A DNA stretch of 64,000 nt from Patescibacteria group bacterium (GCA_041659045.1 JBAZZB010000001.1:326111-390110); one strand, 5' to 3'; positions 8,897 to 17,124 are shown, counted from the stretch's first letter. Program-made: numbers and translations. Notes: generated by a model not told the origin, from the letters alone.

Positions 8897-11773
8897 TTAT
8901 AGCACTTTGAAGCGGCAGATGTCTTTGAAGTCGCAATACTTGCAGGTGTGTTCACTGGGCGTTGGCGCGAAGTCGGAATCTTTGATTTCCGTGATCTTTT
9001 TGTCGATCGACGCACGGATCTCGTCGAGGTTCTCTTCGGCTTCGACTTCCTGCAAGACATCGTCCTTGAGGAACCAAAACGCCATACGGCTTGTTTTGAC
9101 TTGATACACGTCGGCAAGCGCCAGCTGGTAGATACGCAGCTGTTCCTTCATGCCGGAATCCAGACGTTCCTTCGATTTACCCGTCTTGTAGTCGATGATG
9201 ACGACGGTGCCGTCCGGCAGCTTGTCGATGCGATCGATTTTACCTTTCAAGACGTAGCCGCCGATTTTGAGCGTGAAGGGTGCTTCGGTCATCCAAGGCG
9301 TGGGTTGCTCGGCAAGTGTTCTCGCGTGGGCGCGGCTGATTGCGTCACGTCCGGCTTGGTGGAAACGCTCTCGCTCCACCGCATCGTCGTACCACTCCCC
9401 CGTCCACTGGCTTTCGTAGATCACAAGCAGTTCGTCGAGCGACATGGGCGCCTCCGGTTTCGCTTTGTACGCCTCGATGAACGTTTCAAGAACTGAGTGA
9501 ATCAGCTTGCCGAAGTGGAGCGGACCCTTGTCGAGCGTTGGAATCTTCAGAAGATGCGCAAACTTGTATTGCAGCGGGCAATTATCAAACGCCGCTAGCT
9601 GCGAAAAGCTGAAGCTGGATGGGAGTTCAAGCACAATTGCTCGCTCGGAACCGGAAGTCGCGGTTTCCGCTTCATGAAAGCCGGATTTTTTTGGCGACGT
9701 CACGACCGAAATGACGGCCTTATTTTCTTCATCGGCAAAAACCTCGTCGATAAAGCGTGACGGTTTCTTTTTTCGCGAGCCTCCCGAGTCTTCTGCGGCG
9801 GTCAGGTAGAGACGATCCTTGGCGCGCGTGCAGGCAACGTAAAATAAACGTCGCTCTTCCTCGAGGTGTGCGTCGACGCCTTCGTTTGGAGTTTCTTTGA
9901 CGAGCGCATCGGGAAACGGAATCGGTTCGCGCCGGTTGTCGCCTGGAAATCGGCGTGAGACGAGTTGGACGACAAAAACATTCTTGAACTCAAGACCCTT
10001 CGAGGTGTGCGCCGTCATGAGTTTCACGGTGTCCGGTCCCTCCGCGAGATCAGGTGGAATACGTCCCTCCTCGCCCGACTCCAGCTCCCAATCGAGCACG
10101 CGCATAAACCCGCGCAGGGTTGGGCGCGGTTCGTCGTTCTCGTACGTTTGAATGCGGCGCACGAGCTGGTTGAGGTAGCCGATAGCTTCAAGCGTTTCGG
10201 GCGTCTCCTCTTTCAAGAGGTCTTCGTAATATCCGGTATCGACGAAGACTTCCTTCAGGAGACGAGCTGGTGTTGTTTTACGCGCTCGTTCGGCGTGTTT
10301 TTCGATCAGCGATTCAATACGTCGGAATTTTTCAACGGTCTCTGCAGAAAAACCAAGCGTTCCGGCTTCGTGGAGCGTTTCGTAGAGCGACCAGCTTTTT
10401 CGATCAGCCTCATGCGTGAGTTTGATGACATCGAGCGCGGGAATACCGAAGATCGGCCAAGAGAGCACGCGGTGCAGCGCCGGGCTCTCGTGGTAGTTAT
10501 CAAGCAGCTTGAAATAGCAGATGGCGTCTTGGATCACGGGTTTTACGTACAGACCGCGAGAAGCAACATAGAGATGCGGAATACCGCGCCGAGAGAGCGC
10601 TTCCATGAACGGTTTGAGGTGCGAATTGGCGCGCGCCAAAATTGCGAAGTTGCCCCAAGTCGCTTCAGGGTCGTTTTCCTTGATGCGTGAAATCTCTTCA
10701 GCGACGTAACGCGCTTCGTCGTCGATGTCGGCTAGGTTGGCGTGCGTAATGACGCCGCCGTTGCCTCGCTCCGCAATGAGGCGCTTCGATAAACCAAGCT
10801 TGGCTTCGAGGCGGTTCGGGTCATTGCGCTTGATGAAGCGATAGCTGACGTCGAGAATCTCTTGCTTTGAACGATAGTTGCGCGTTAAGAAGACTTGCGC
10901 GGCTTTCGGAAAGTCGTCTTTAAACGCCAAAATATTCGAGACGGAAGCGCCTCGGAATTTATAAATTGACTGGTCATCATCGCCGACGACTGTCAGGTTG
11001 CCGTCCTGTCCAGAAAGAAGCTTTACGAGTTCGTACTGGGCGACGTTCGTGTCTTGAAACTCGTCGACCAAAATGTATTTGAAACGCTTGCGGAACTCGG
11101 CAAGCACGCTGGGGCGCTCGCGGAAGAGGCGGATTGATTCGGAAATCAACGCTCCAAAATCGAGTTGCTTTCGTTCGAGCAAGAGATTCTCGTAAACTTC
11201 AAAGGCGCGCGCGACTTCAAGAACGCGTGTTTTTTCATCCGGTTCCGCTTCGAGCGCCTCCGCGTACGCGCGATACTGCGGTGGTGTAACGAGCTCGTCT
11301 TTGGCGTGGCTGAAATGATCGAGCAGATAATGGATGAAGCGCGACGGGTCGCCAAGCGGACGGTAATATTCGAGACCGAAATCCGTCAGGCGGTCGCGTA
11401 CTGAAAGCCAAGCACCCGTTTCATCGAGCAGTTTGGCGTCGGCAGCTAAGCCGATATCAATGCCGCGTTCCTTGAGGACACGCTCGCCAAAGCCGTGGAA
11501 GGTCAAAGCCCAGAGTTCGACATAGCCAATCGGCAAGAGGGCGTCGAGACGTTCTTCAAGCTCGGAAGCCGCTTTTTCGGTGAAGGTAAGCGCCAAAATC
11601 TCCCCAGGTGCCGCCCGGCCCGTGGCGATGAGCCAGGCAATGCGCTGGGCGATCACAGTCGTCTTTCCGGTGCCTGCCCCCGCCACAATCAAAAGAGGCC
11701 CCTCCACGTGCGTGACCGCGGCCTTTTGCTCCGGGTTCAAACCCTCCAAGAGTTTTTCGGGATCCATTGACAT
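8897..11773 (-). CDS. UvrD/PcrA-family SF1 helicase fused to a C-terminal PD-(D/E)XK nuclease (Cas4/AddB-type, Cys-rich)
   Basis: N-terminus LNPEQKAAVTHVEGPLLIVAGAGTGKT contains the Walker A motif, followed by the UvrD helicase motifs. The C-terminal roughly 250 aa carry GKIDRID...HTCKYCDFKDICRF, which is a RecB-family nuclease with a Cys cluster. Start at MSMDPEKLLEGL. Confidence 0.85.
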   Translation of the reverse strand: MSMDPEKLLEGLNPEQKAAVTHVEGPLLIVAGAGTGKTTVIAQRIAWLIATGRAAPGEILALTFTEKAASELEERLDALLPIGYVELWALTFHGFGERVLKERGIDIGLAADAKLLDETGAWLSVRDRLTDFGLEYYRPLGDPSRFIHYLLDHFSHAKDELVTPPQYRAYAEALEAEPDEKTRVLEVARAFEVYENLLLERKQLDFGALISESIRLFRERPSVLAEFRKRFKYILVDEFQDTNVAQYELVKLLSGQDGNLTVVGDDDQSIYKFRGASVSNILAFKDDFPKAAQVFLTRNYRSKQEILDVSYRFIKRNDPNRLEAKLGLSKRLIAERGNGGVITHANLADIDDEARYVAEEISRIKENDPEATWGNFAILARANSHLKPFMEALSRRGIPHLYVASRGLYVKPVIQDAICYFKLLDNYHESPALHRVLSWPIFGIPALDVIKLTHEADRKSWSLYETLHEAGTLGFSAETVEKFRRIESLIEKHAERARKTTPARLLKEVFVDTGYYEDLLKEETPETLEAIGYLNQLVRRIQTYENDEPRPTLRGFMRVLDWELESGEEGRIPPDLAEGPDTVKLMTAHTSKGLEFKNVFVVQLVSRRFPGDNRREPIPFPDALVKETPNEGVDAHLEEERRLFYVACTRAKDRLYLTAAEDSGGSRKKKPSRFIDEVFADEENKAVISVVTSPKKSGFHEAETATSGSERAIVLELPSSFSFSQLAAFDNCPLQYKFAHLLKIPTLDKGPLHFGKLIHSVLETFIEAYKAKPEAPMSLDELLVIYESQWTGEWYDDAVERERFHQAGRDAISRAHARTLAEQPTPWMTEAPFTLKIGGYVLKGKIDRIDKLPDGTVVIIDYKTGKSKERLDSGMKEQLRIYQLALADVYQVKTSRMAFWFLKDDVLQEVEAEENLDEIRASIDKKITEIKDSDFAPTPSEHTCKYCDFKDICRFKVL

Positions 11774-11795
11774 TGTCAGTGTTTTCAGGTATCCT
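11767..11795 (+). promoter_or_regulatory. Sigma70-like promoter TTGACA-17-TATCCT for the 11824 gene
   Basis: TTGACA at 11767-11772, a 17-nt spacer, and TATCCT at 11790-11795. The -35 element overlaps the divergent helicase start codon. Confidence 0.45.
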
Positions 11796-11823
11796 AGCAT
11801 GAATTCGGAGATCAACCTTCCGA

Positions 11824-12252
11824 ATGAGAAAGAAGAGGTTTATTGTGCCTGTTCCCGCTCCTTCCCTCGCCCACAAGAGCGTCCATGTCATCGAGTACTA
11901 CGAGCCCAACCACGAGAGCTACCTGCGGTTCATCCGCCACCGACTCGGCGACGCGCCTGTGGAGATCAAGGTCTTCGGCGACCACGAGGCGTACTTCAAC
12001 GCTGTGACGCCGGACAAGCTGCCCGACGTGCTCGTCCTCTCCAACCGCCAGAAGGGCATGACGGGCGTCGACTTGATCACCAGACTGCGCCGCGAGGGCT
12101 ACGCCGGCAAGGCGTTCATCTTCACCGGCGGCCCGCAGATCGAGCTGAGCGCCGAGATGGAGGCGGACGACGTCTTCTACAAGCCGACCGACACCAGGCG
12201 GCTGCTCGACGCGATCTACCTCGCGCTCCACGCGCCCAACGAGCCGCACTGA
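11824..12252 (+). CDS. Stand-alone CheY-like pseudo-receiver domain protein
   Basis: 142 aa. It aligns to the REC fold (conserved Thr in IFTGG and Lys in YKPTD). The acidic pocket is replaced by EYY, and the phospho-acceptor Asp is replaced (PDVLVLSN). The gene is GC3-rich. Confidence 0.55.
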   Translation: MRKKRFIVPVPAPSLAHKSVHVIEYYEPNHESYLRFIRHRLGDAPVEIKVFGDHEAYFNAVTPDKLPDVLVLSNRQKGMTGVDLITRLRREGYAGKAFIFTGGPQIELSAEMEADDVFYKPTDTRRLLDAIYLALHAPNEPH

Positions 12253-12257
12253 CGCGA

Positions 12258-12291
12258 AACCCCCCGACATACGTCGAGGGGTTATTTTTTT
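12258..12291 (+). terminator. Intrinsic terminator (hairpin plus T-run) after the pseudo-receiver gene, convergent with the SulP stop
   Basis: aaccccccgacatacgtcgaggggtt followed by ttatttttttat. Confidence 0.55.
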
Positions 12292-13933
12292 ATGAAGCCT
12301 TGTTCAAATCAGCCTTCGCGAGTTCGATCGCCTCCGCCGAAGTCTTCGTGAAGCACTGTTCTCCGCCGACTTTCTCGACCAAGCCCAGTTTGCGCAACTT
12401 TTCCACGAGGCGCGGGTGAAGCGTCGAGAAGTAGATACGTCCGCCGTTGTTGAGTACGCGGTCGATGATGATCTCTAAGGCATGTACGCCCGTTGCGTCC
12501 ATGTGCGTCACATATTTCATGCGCAAGATCAGCGTTTCGCCGCGGTTGTGGCGAATGCGGCTTTCGAATTCCGTTGCGACGCCGAAGAACAAGGGGCCCG
12601 CGACTTTATAGAGAACAATCTGCGGATACGCGCGCAACGTTTCTTGCAGGCGGTTGAACTCCTCACTGTCTGGGCTCTCGATCTCTCCGATGTTCTCGAA
12701 AATCGTGAGCTTGCTCACGCGTTGGATGAAGAGCGCGGCGGCCATGACAACGCCGATACCGACGGCAATCGTGAGGTCGGTGAAGATCGTGAGGAGGAAT
12801 GTTGTAATGAGAACAGCGGCGTCCTGCTTCGGGCTGTGCAGAAGGTGGGTAAAGTGCGGAATTTCTGCCATGCCGTAGGCGACCATCATGAGAATCGCGG
12901 CCAGCGTCGCAAGCGGAATGTAGCGCGCGAGCGGGGCGGCGAAGAGCAAGATGATAACCAAGACCAAACTGTGAACGATCGAGGATACACGCGTACGCGC
13001 GCCGTTTCTGATATTGGCGGCCGTGCGCGCGATGGCGCCCGTAGCCGGGATACCAGAGAAAAACGGCAAGAGCATATTGCCGATACCTTGAGCGATCAGC
13101 TCCTTGTTGGAATTGTGCTTTTTTCCGGTCATGCCGTCCGCCACGACGGCGGAAAGCAGCGATTCAATGGCTCCAAGCGCGGCGATCGTGAAGGCCGCAG
13201 GCAGAAGCGCGCGCGCCGTCTCCCAAGAAAACGAAAGGAGGTGCAGGCGCGGAAGACCAGTCGGGATTGAACCAATTGTCGCCGCTGGGGCCAGGTTCTT
13301 GAAGAACGCGTTCAGGATCAGGCTTACCGCGATACCGACGAACAAGGCCGCCGGAGCTGGCGGAAATTTTTTCACGCGCTTTTGCCAGAGCACGTAGGTC
13401 GCGAGCGTCGTAAGACCGATGATCACGGCGCTAAGGTTCACACCTTTGACGACGTGCTGAGCGATCATCGTGACCGTCTCCACGAAATCGTGCGGGCGGT
13501 GCTCGAAACTCAGACCGAGAAAATCTTTAATTTGGCCGAAAAAGATGATGACGCCGATGCCGGAGGTGAAGCCGACCGTCACGGGGTATGGAATGAATCG
13601 AATGATCGAACCGAATTTACAGAGACCCATGACGAGCAGGATGACGCCTGCCATGAATCCCGCGACCATTAAGCCTTCGATGCCGTGATTGTTGACGACG
13701 TTGAGCAGGATGACGACGAACGCTCCGGTCGGACCAGAGACTTGGAAACCGGAACCGGAAAGAAGACCGATCACGAGACCGGCGATAATCGAAGTGTAGA
13801 TGCCTTGTTCGGGACGCGCACCGCTCGCAACCGCGAAAGCGATGGCGAGAGGAAGCGCGATCAAACCGACGACGGTGCCTGAAATCAGGTCAAACTTAAA
13901 CGTGTCTTTGAAATACGCTCGTACACTCTGCAT
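12290..13933 (-). CDS. SulP-family anion transporter with C-terminal STAS domain
   Basis: The N-terminus FDLISGTVVGLIALPLAIAFAVASGARPEQGIYTSIIAG is the SulP signature region. It has about 11 TM helices and a C-terminal STAS domain. Its start is only about 5 bp after the stop of the upstream beta-CA-like gene. Confidence 0.85.
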   Translation of the reverse strand: MQSVRAYFKDTFKFDLISGTVVGLIALPLAIAFAVASGARPEQGIYTSIIAGLVIGLLSGSGFQVSGPTGAFVVILLNVVNNHGIEGLMVAGFMAGVILLVMGLCKFGSIIRFIPYPVTVGFTSGIGVIIFFGQIKDFLGLSFEHRPHDFVETVTMIAQHVVKGVNLSAVIIGLTTLATYVLWQKRVKKFPPAPAALFVGIAVSLILNAFFKNLAPAATIGSIPTGLPRLHLLSFSWETARALLPAAFTIAALGAIESLLSAVVADGMTGKKHNSNKELIAQGIGNMLLPFFSGIPATGAIARTAANIRNGARTRVSSIVHSLVLVIILLFAAPLARYIPLATLAAILMMVAYGMAEIPHFTHLLHSPKQDAAVLITTFLLTIFTDLTIAVGIGVVMAAALFIQRVSKLTIFENIGEIESPDSEEFNRLQETLRAYPQIVLYKVAGPLFFGVATEFESRIRHNRGETLILRMKYVTHMDATGVHALEIIIDRVLNNGGRIYFSTLHPRLVEKLRKLGLVEKVGGEQCFTKTSAEAIELAKADLNKAS

Positions 13934-13938
13934 AGATT

Positions 13939-14973
13939 TCAGTCGATGACTTCAAGTTTTCGCGTGTCCCAGTGCATGACCGTCGTGAGCGGCTTAAAGT
14001 AGCCTTCAAGATCGGGATGCGCCTGTTTAATCGTTTCAAGACCGAGTTTCGTGAGATACCGCGCGTTCATGATTGCTCCGTTGCGCTCCGTTTCGTCGAA
14101 ATAGGAAACTGAGGCGAAGAGCACCGCGCTCTCTTTTGAGATGCGCCCAGCGTCGCGGTTCGCCTTGATGATTTTGGCGGCGGTGGCGATGGATTGGTTC
14201 AACTGCGGATCGGTGTCGTTGATAATGAGCGCGTAGTTGATTTTGTGGAGCCAGTCGAAGCCTTGTCCGATCGCCAGGATGCGTTCCATGTGTTCGAGCT
14301 CGACGTGCGACTTTTCTTTGCAGCCGAGATCGCGTACGTGCTCGATGTTACCAGCCATGAGCGGAATCAAATCGTGGGCGACTTGCTGCGGCATGTCCGG
14401 ATACAAGTCTTTGATGGTTGCCATCAATTCCCCTCCGTCAATCGATTTAATGTCAGCCATGGAAATCGTTTTGCCGTTGCGGCCATGGAACACCAATGCT
14501 TCGCAGTCTGTCTCGACGCCAACCAGGATATTGTACACCTGGCGGAGTGGGTCGACGGCAAAGTAGAAATCGAGCTGTTTGACCAGCTCGGTCGAGCACG
14601 AGATGGATTTTTCCGTGTCATAGCCGTGTCCGGCGCAGCCACGATGTGGATCCCCTTTCGAGTAGTGATACGTCGCCATGCAAAGGACATGGCGTCCTTT
14701 TCCGAGCGCGTATTTACGAAGATCGTTGACGCGACTGCGGAGCGCCGGCCAACCCATATTGAAAATGCCGCCAATGTTGCGCTTGGGGCGGATCATGCCG
14801 AACGGCGTGCGTGTCATGACGGGCAAATGCACGCGGCCATCCATGCATTTGAACGCGACCATCATGGTCGGATGCTTGGCGCGATAGGCTTTGCGCGACG
14901 GTGTTTGTTGGAGGTAGAGCTCTGACTGCGCACGGTTCAATTCCAGCAGTTCAGGGATGATCTGATGAGCCAT
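13939..14973 (-). CDS. Divergent beta-carbonic-anhydrase-like protein, paralog A
   Basis: About 344 aa. Motifs KCMDGRV (C-x-D-x-R), RPKRNIGGIF (compare the beta-CA RNxGN segment) and TYHYSKGDPHRGCAGHG (H-x-x-C-x-G) have beta-CA-like spacing. Start chosen at the ATG for MAHQIIPELLELN; the listed ORF begins at a TTG. Confidence 0.55.
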   Translation of the reverse strand: MAHQIIPELLELNRAQSELYLQQTPSRKAYRAKHPTMMVAFKCMDGRVHLPVMTRTPFGMIRPKRNIGGIFNMGWPALRSRVNDLRKYALGKGRHVLCMATYHYSKGDPHRGCAGHGYDTEKSISCSTELVKQLDFYFAVDPLRQVYNILVGVETDCEALVFHGRNGKTISMADIKSIDGGELMATIKDLYPDMPQQVAHDLIPLMAGNIEHVRDLGCKEKSHVELEHMERILAIGQGFDWLHKINYALIINDTDPQLNQSIATAAKIIKANRDAGRISKESAVLFASVSYFDETERNGAIMNARYLTKLGLETIKQAHPDLEGYFKPLTTVMHWDTRKLEVID

Positions 14974-14993
14974 AGGGTGTTGAAGATTTTCCA

Positions 14994-15022
14994 AGTGTAG
15001 GCCTCCACCAAGCGAACGTCAA
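14994..15022 (-). promoter_or_regulatory. Sigma70-like promoter TTGACG-17-TACACT upstream of paralog A
   Basis: Minus strand reads TTGACGttcgcttggtggaggccTACACT. Confidence 0.4.
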
Positions 15023-15025
15023 GAT

Positions 15026-15048
15026 GAAAAAACCACCCGCGGGGGTGG
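15026..15048 (-). terminator. Intrinsic terminator after paralog B
   Basis: Minus strand reads CCACCCccgcGGGTGG followed by TTTTTTCATC, immediately after the TGA stop. Confidence 0.45.
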
Positions 15049-16086
15049 TCAGAGGTTGGGAGAAGCGATGACGTCGAGGCCGCGGGTTCGCCAGTCCATG
15101 ACGGCGGTGAGCGGCTCGAAGAAGTCCTGAAGATCGGGGTGGAACTTCGCGATCGACTCGATCCCCAGCTCGGTGAGCTTGCGGGCTCGCAGTTCGGCGA
15201 GACGGCGCTCAGGTCCGTCGTTCTCGTACGGCGCGCACGCGAAGAGCAGGGCCTTGTCGCGCGGAATGCGTCCGGCGTCACGGTTCCCCTTGATGATGCC
15301 GACGGCCTTGCCGATCGTGTCATCCATGGAGAGCTCGATATCGTCGATGACGAGCGCGAGATTGTGCGGCATCCACTCGTAGTCCTCGCCGAGAGCGACG
15401 ATGCGCTCGCGATGCTCGAGTTCTTCCGGAGGACGACCTGCCACGCGCACGTCCCGGGTATGGCGGATGTTGCCGCTCATGACCGGGACAAGATCGCGGG
15501 CGATCTCGGGGCGCATGTCGGGGTAGAGCGAACCGATGACCTCGGTGATGGTGCTCACGTCGTCCGCGAGATCCGCCATCGAGACAATCCGTCCGTCGCG
15601 CCCGTGAAAGGACAGGGTTTGGTGATCCGTCTCGACGCCGACCAAGACTGTGTAGATCTTGTGGCAGCCGAGGAAGACCGCGCGGAACTGATCCGCGAGC
15701 GCGCTTGCGCTGGCGATCGACCGACCCTTGTCGTATTCGTGACCGCGGCACCCTCGGTGGCTGTCGCCTTCCGCGTAGTGGTAGGTCACGACGAACAAGA
15801 TGTTGCGATCTTTCTCAAACGAAGCGCGTACGTAGCGCTCGACCTTCATGCCGAGTGCCGTCCAGCCAAGATCGAAGATGCCGCCGATGTTCCGGAAGGG
15901 CCGAACGATGCCGCGTGGCAGCAGAGTCAGATCCGACCAGCCGACGCGGCCGTCCATGCACTTGGTGACGGCGTAGTTGGTGGGGTGCTCGGCGTGGTGC
16001 CGATCACGATCGGCCCGCTGTTCGATGAACAGCCGGGAGTGCTGGGTGTTCAGATCCAGCACTTCTTGAACGAGCCTTTTCGTCAT
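15049..16086 (-). CDS. Divergent beta-carbonic-anhydrase-like protein, paralog B (compositionally atypical)
   Basis: About 345 aa starting at MTKRLVQEVLDLN (ATG at 16084-16086, preceded by GGCGAGG). It shares KCMDGRV, RPFRNIGGIF, TYHYAEGDSHRGCRGHEYD, LVGVETD, FHGRDG, LYPDM and NRDAGRI with paralog A. Identity is roughly 45-50% by eye. It is markedly GC3-rich. Confidence 0.55.
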   Translation of the reverse strand: MTKRLVQEVLDLNTQHSRLFIEQRADRDRHHAEHPTNYAVTKCMDGRVGWSDLTLLPRGIVRPFRNIGGIFDLGWTALGMKVERYVRASFEKDRNILFVVTYHYAEGDSHRGCRGHEYDKGRSIASASALADQFRAVFLGCHKIYTVLVGVETDHQTLSFHGRDGRIVSMADLADDVSTITEVIGSLYPDMRPEIARDLVPVMSGNIRHTRDVRVAGRPPEELEHRERIVALGEDYEWMPHNLALVIDDIELSMDDTIGKAVGIIKGNRDAGRIPRDKALLFACAPYENDGPERRLAELRARKLTELGIESIAKFHPDLQDFFEPLTAVMDWRTRGLDVIASPNL

Positions 16087-16131
16087 GCGCGAACCTCGCC
16101 TTGAGAACCCGATGGATTCGGGACGGGCGGT

Positions 16132-16160
16132 ATAATACCTCCAGAGATCGCTCGCGTCAA
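16132..16160 (-). promoter_or_regulatory. Sigma70-like promoter TTGACG-17-TATTAT upstream of paralog B
   Basis: Minus strand reads TTGACGcgagcgatctctggaggTATTAT. Confidence 0.45.
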
Positions 16161-16167
16161 TGGGTAT

Positions 16168-16190
16168 AAAAAAACGCGCAGGAAGCGCGG
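16168..16190 (-). terminator. Short hairpin plus T7 terminator or attenuator after the small membrane gene
   Basis: Minus strand reads CGCGCttcctGCGCG followed by TTTTTTT. Confidence 0.35.
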
Positions 16191-16199
16191 TGGAGACTC

Positions 16200-16541
16200 T
16201 TACCCGATCGTGGGCGGGTTCTTGATGCGATCCTGATTGAGGTCGCTGTCGGGGTTGAGGAAGGATTCTTCCCAAGTGGCACGGTCAAAGGCGGGCTTCT
16301 GGGCGCTCGCTACGCCACCTGCCTGCTCCCAGATGCGGTTGCGCTTCATGCGGGCGAAGCCGATCGCGATCATGAGTGGGATCAGCATGACGGAGGCCAT
16401 CGCGAGCCCCTCGACCACCTCGCCTCGGAAGAAGTGGTTGAGACTGTAGGCGCACATGAGGAGCGCCATGAGACCAAACGACCAGGCAAAGAGGGTGAGA
16501 TCGGACTTGCTCCACGCGTGCATCGACGAATGTGTTTTCAC
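16200..16541 (-). CDS. Small 2-TM membrane protein leading the beta-CA-like/SulP cluster
   Basis: About 113 aa. It has an AAGGAGG ribosome-binding site 5 nt before a GTG start (VKTHSSMHAWSK...) and two hydrophobic helices. Confidence 0.45.
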   Translation of the reverse strand: MKTHSSMHAWSKSDLTLFAWSFGLMALLMCAYSLNHFFRGEVVEGLAMASVMLIPLMIAIGFARMKRNRIWEQAGGVASAQKPAFDRATWEESFLNPDSDLNQDRIKNPPTIG

Positions 16542-16563
16542 GAGGGCCTCCTTGGATGGGCAT

Positions 16564-16592
16564 AGGATAGGCGGTGGAAACAGTTTTGTCAA
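16564..16592 (-). promoter_or_regulatory. Sigma70-like promoter TTGACA-17-TATCCT for the small membrane gene
   Basis: Minus strand reads TTGACAaaactgtttccaccgccTATCCT, followed by the AAGGAGG ribosome-binding site. Confidence 0.5.
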
Positions 16593-16602
16593 CGATCTGC
16601 TT

Positions 16603-16634
16603 TTCACAAAATCCCCCGCCGAGTGGCGAGGGAT
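16603..16634 (-). terminator. Intrinsic terminator at the end of the atp operon
   Basis: After the atpC stop the minus strand reads tccctcgccactcggcggggga followed by TTTTGTG. The plus strand also has a T-run after the hairpin. Confidence 0.55.
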
Positions 16635-16640
16635 TTTTTC

Positions 16641-17087
16641 TTACTGCTGTTCGATATGTGGCATGCCTCCGCGGCTGCGATGCTTGCGGACGACGCGCAG
16701 GCGCGCCAGTTCGCGGGCAAGGCCGGCGGCAGCGTCGGCGTAGCGCTCTTCGTCGTCGAACTTTTCCTTGAGAAGTTCTTCGGCGCGTGCTTTGGCTTCT
16801 TCAATCGCTTTGAGATCGAGTTCGTCTGCGCGTTCGGCGCTGTCAGCCAGAATGGCCAAGCGGTTGCCGGGGTGCATCGTGACGAATCCACCAGAGACGG
16901 CCAGGAGCATTTCAGAGCCGTCTTCGTTCACGACACGAAGCTCGCCCGCCTGGATGGGGGCGACGAGCGGCAGATGGTCGGGCAGGACGGTGATCTCGCC
17001 TTCAGTCGTCGGGATCGAGACTTGGCGAACCTTGGCCTGCACGGCGACGCGCTCGGGTGTGGTGAGTTCGAAGTCGAGGAGTTTCAT
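16641..17087 (-). CDS. atpC: F1 ATP synthase epsilon subunit
   Basis: GEITVLPDHLPLVAPIQAGELRV; 148 aa. Confidence 0.9.
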   Translation of the reverse strand: MKLLDFELTTPERVAVQAKVRQVSIPTTEGEITVLPDHLPLVAPIQAGELRVVNEDGSEMLLAVSGGFVTMHPGNRLAILADSAERADELDLKAIEEAKARAEELLKEKFDDEERYADAAAGLARELARLRVVRKHRSRGGMPHIEQQ

Positions 17088-17124
17088 AGGTATGGTTGAT
17101 CATCCCGCCTGCGCGGGATCTTCG

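Noticed and set aside
16121-16140. ggtataatacc read on the plus strand as a -10 element.
   Set aside because: No plus-strand gene follows. The same bases form the -10 (TATTAT) of a better minus-strand promoter with a TTGACG -35 at 17-nt spacing.
12290-16541. Whether the SulP/CA-like cluster is a carboxysome or CO2-fixation locus.
   Set aside because: There are no shell (BMC), RuBisCO or csoS genes in the window. Only a transporter plus CA-like enzymes are present.
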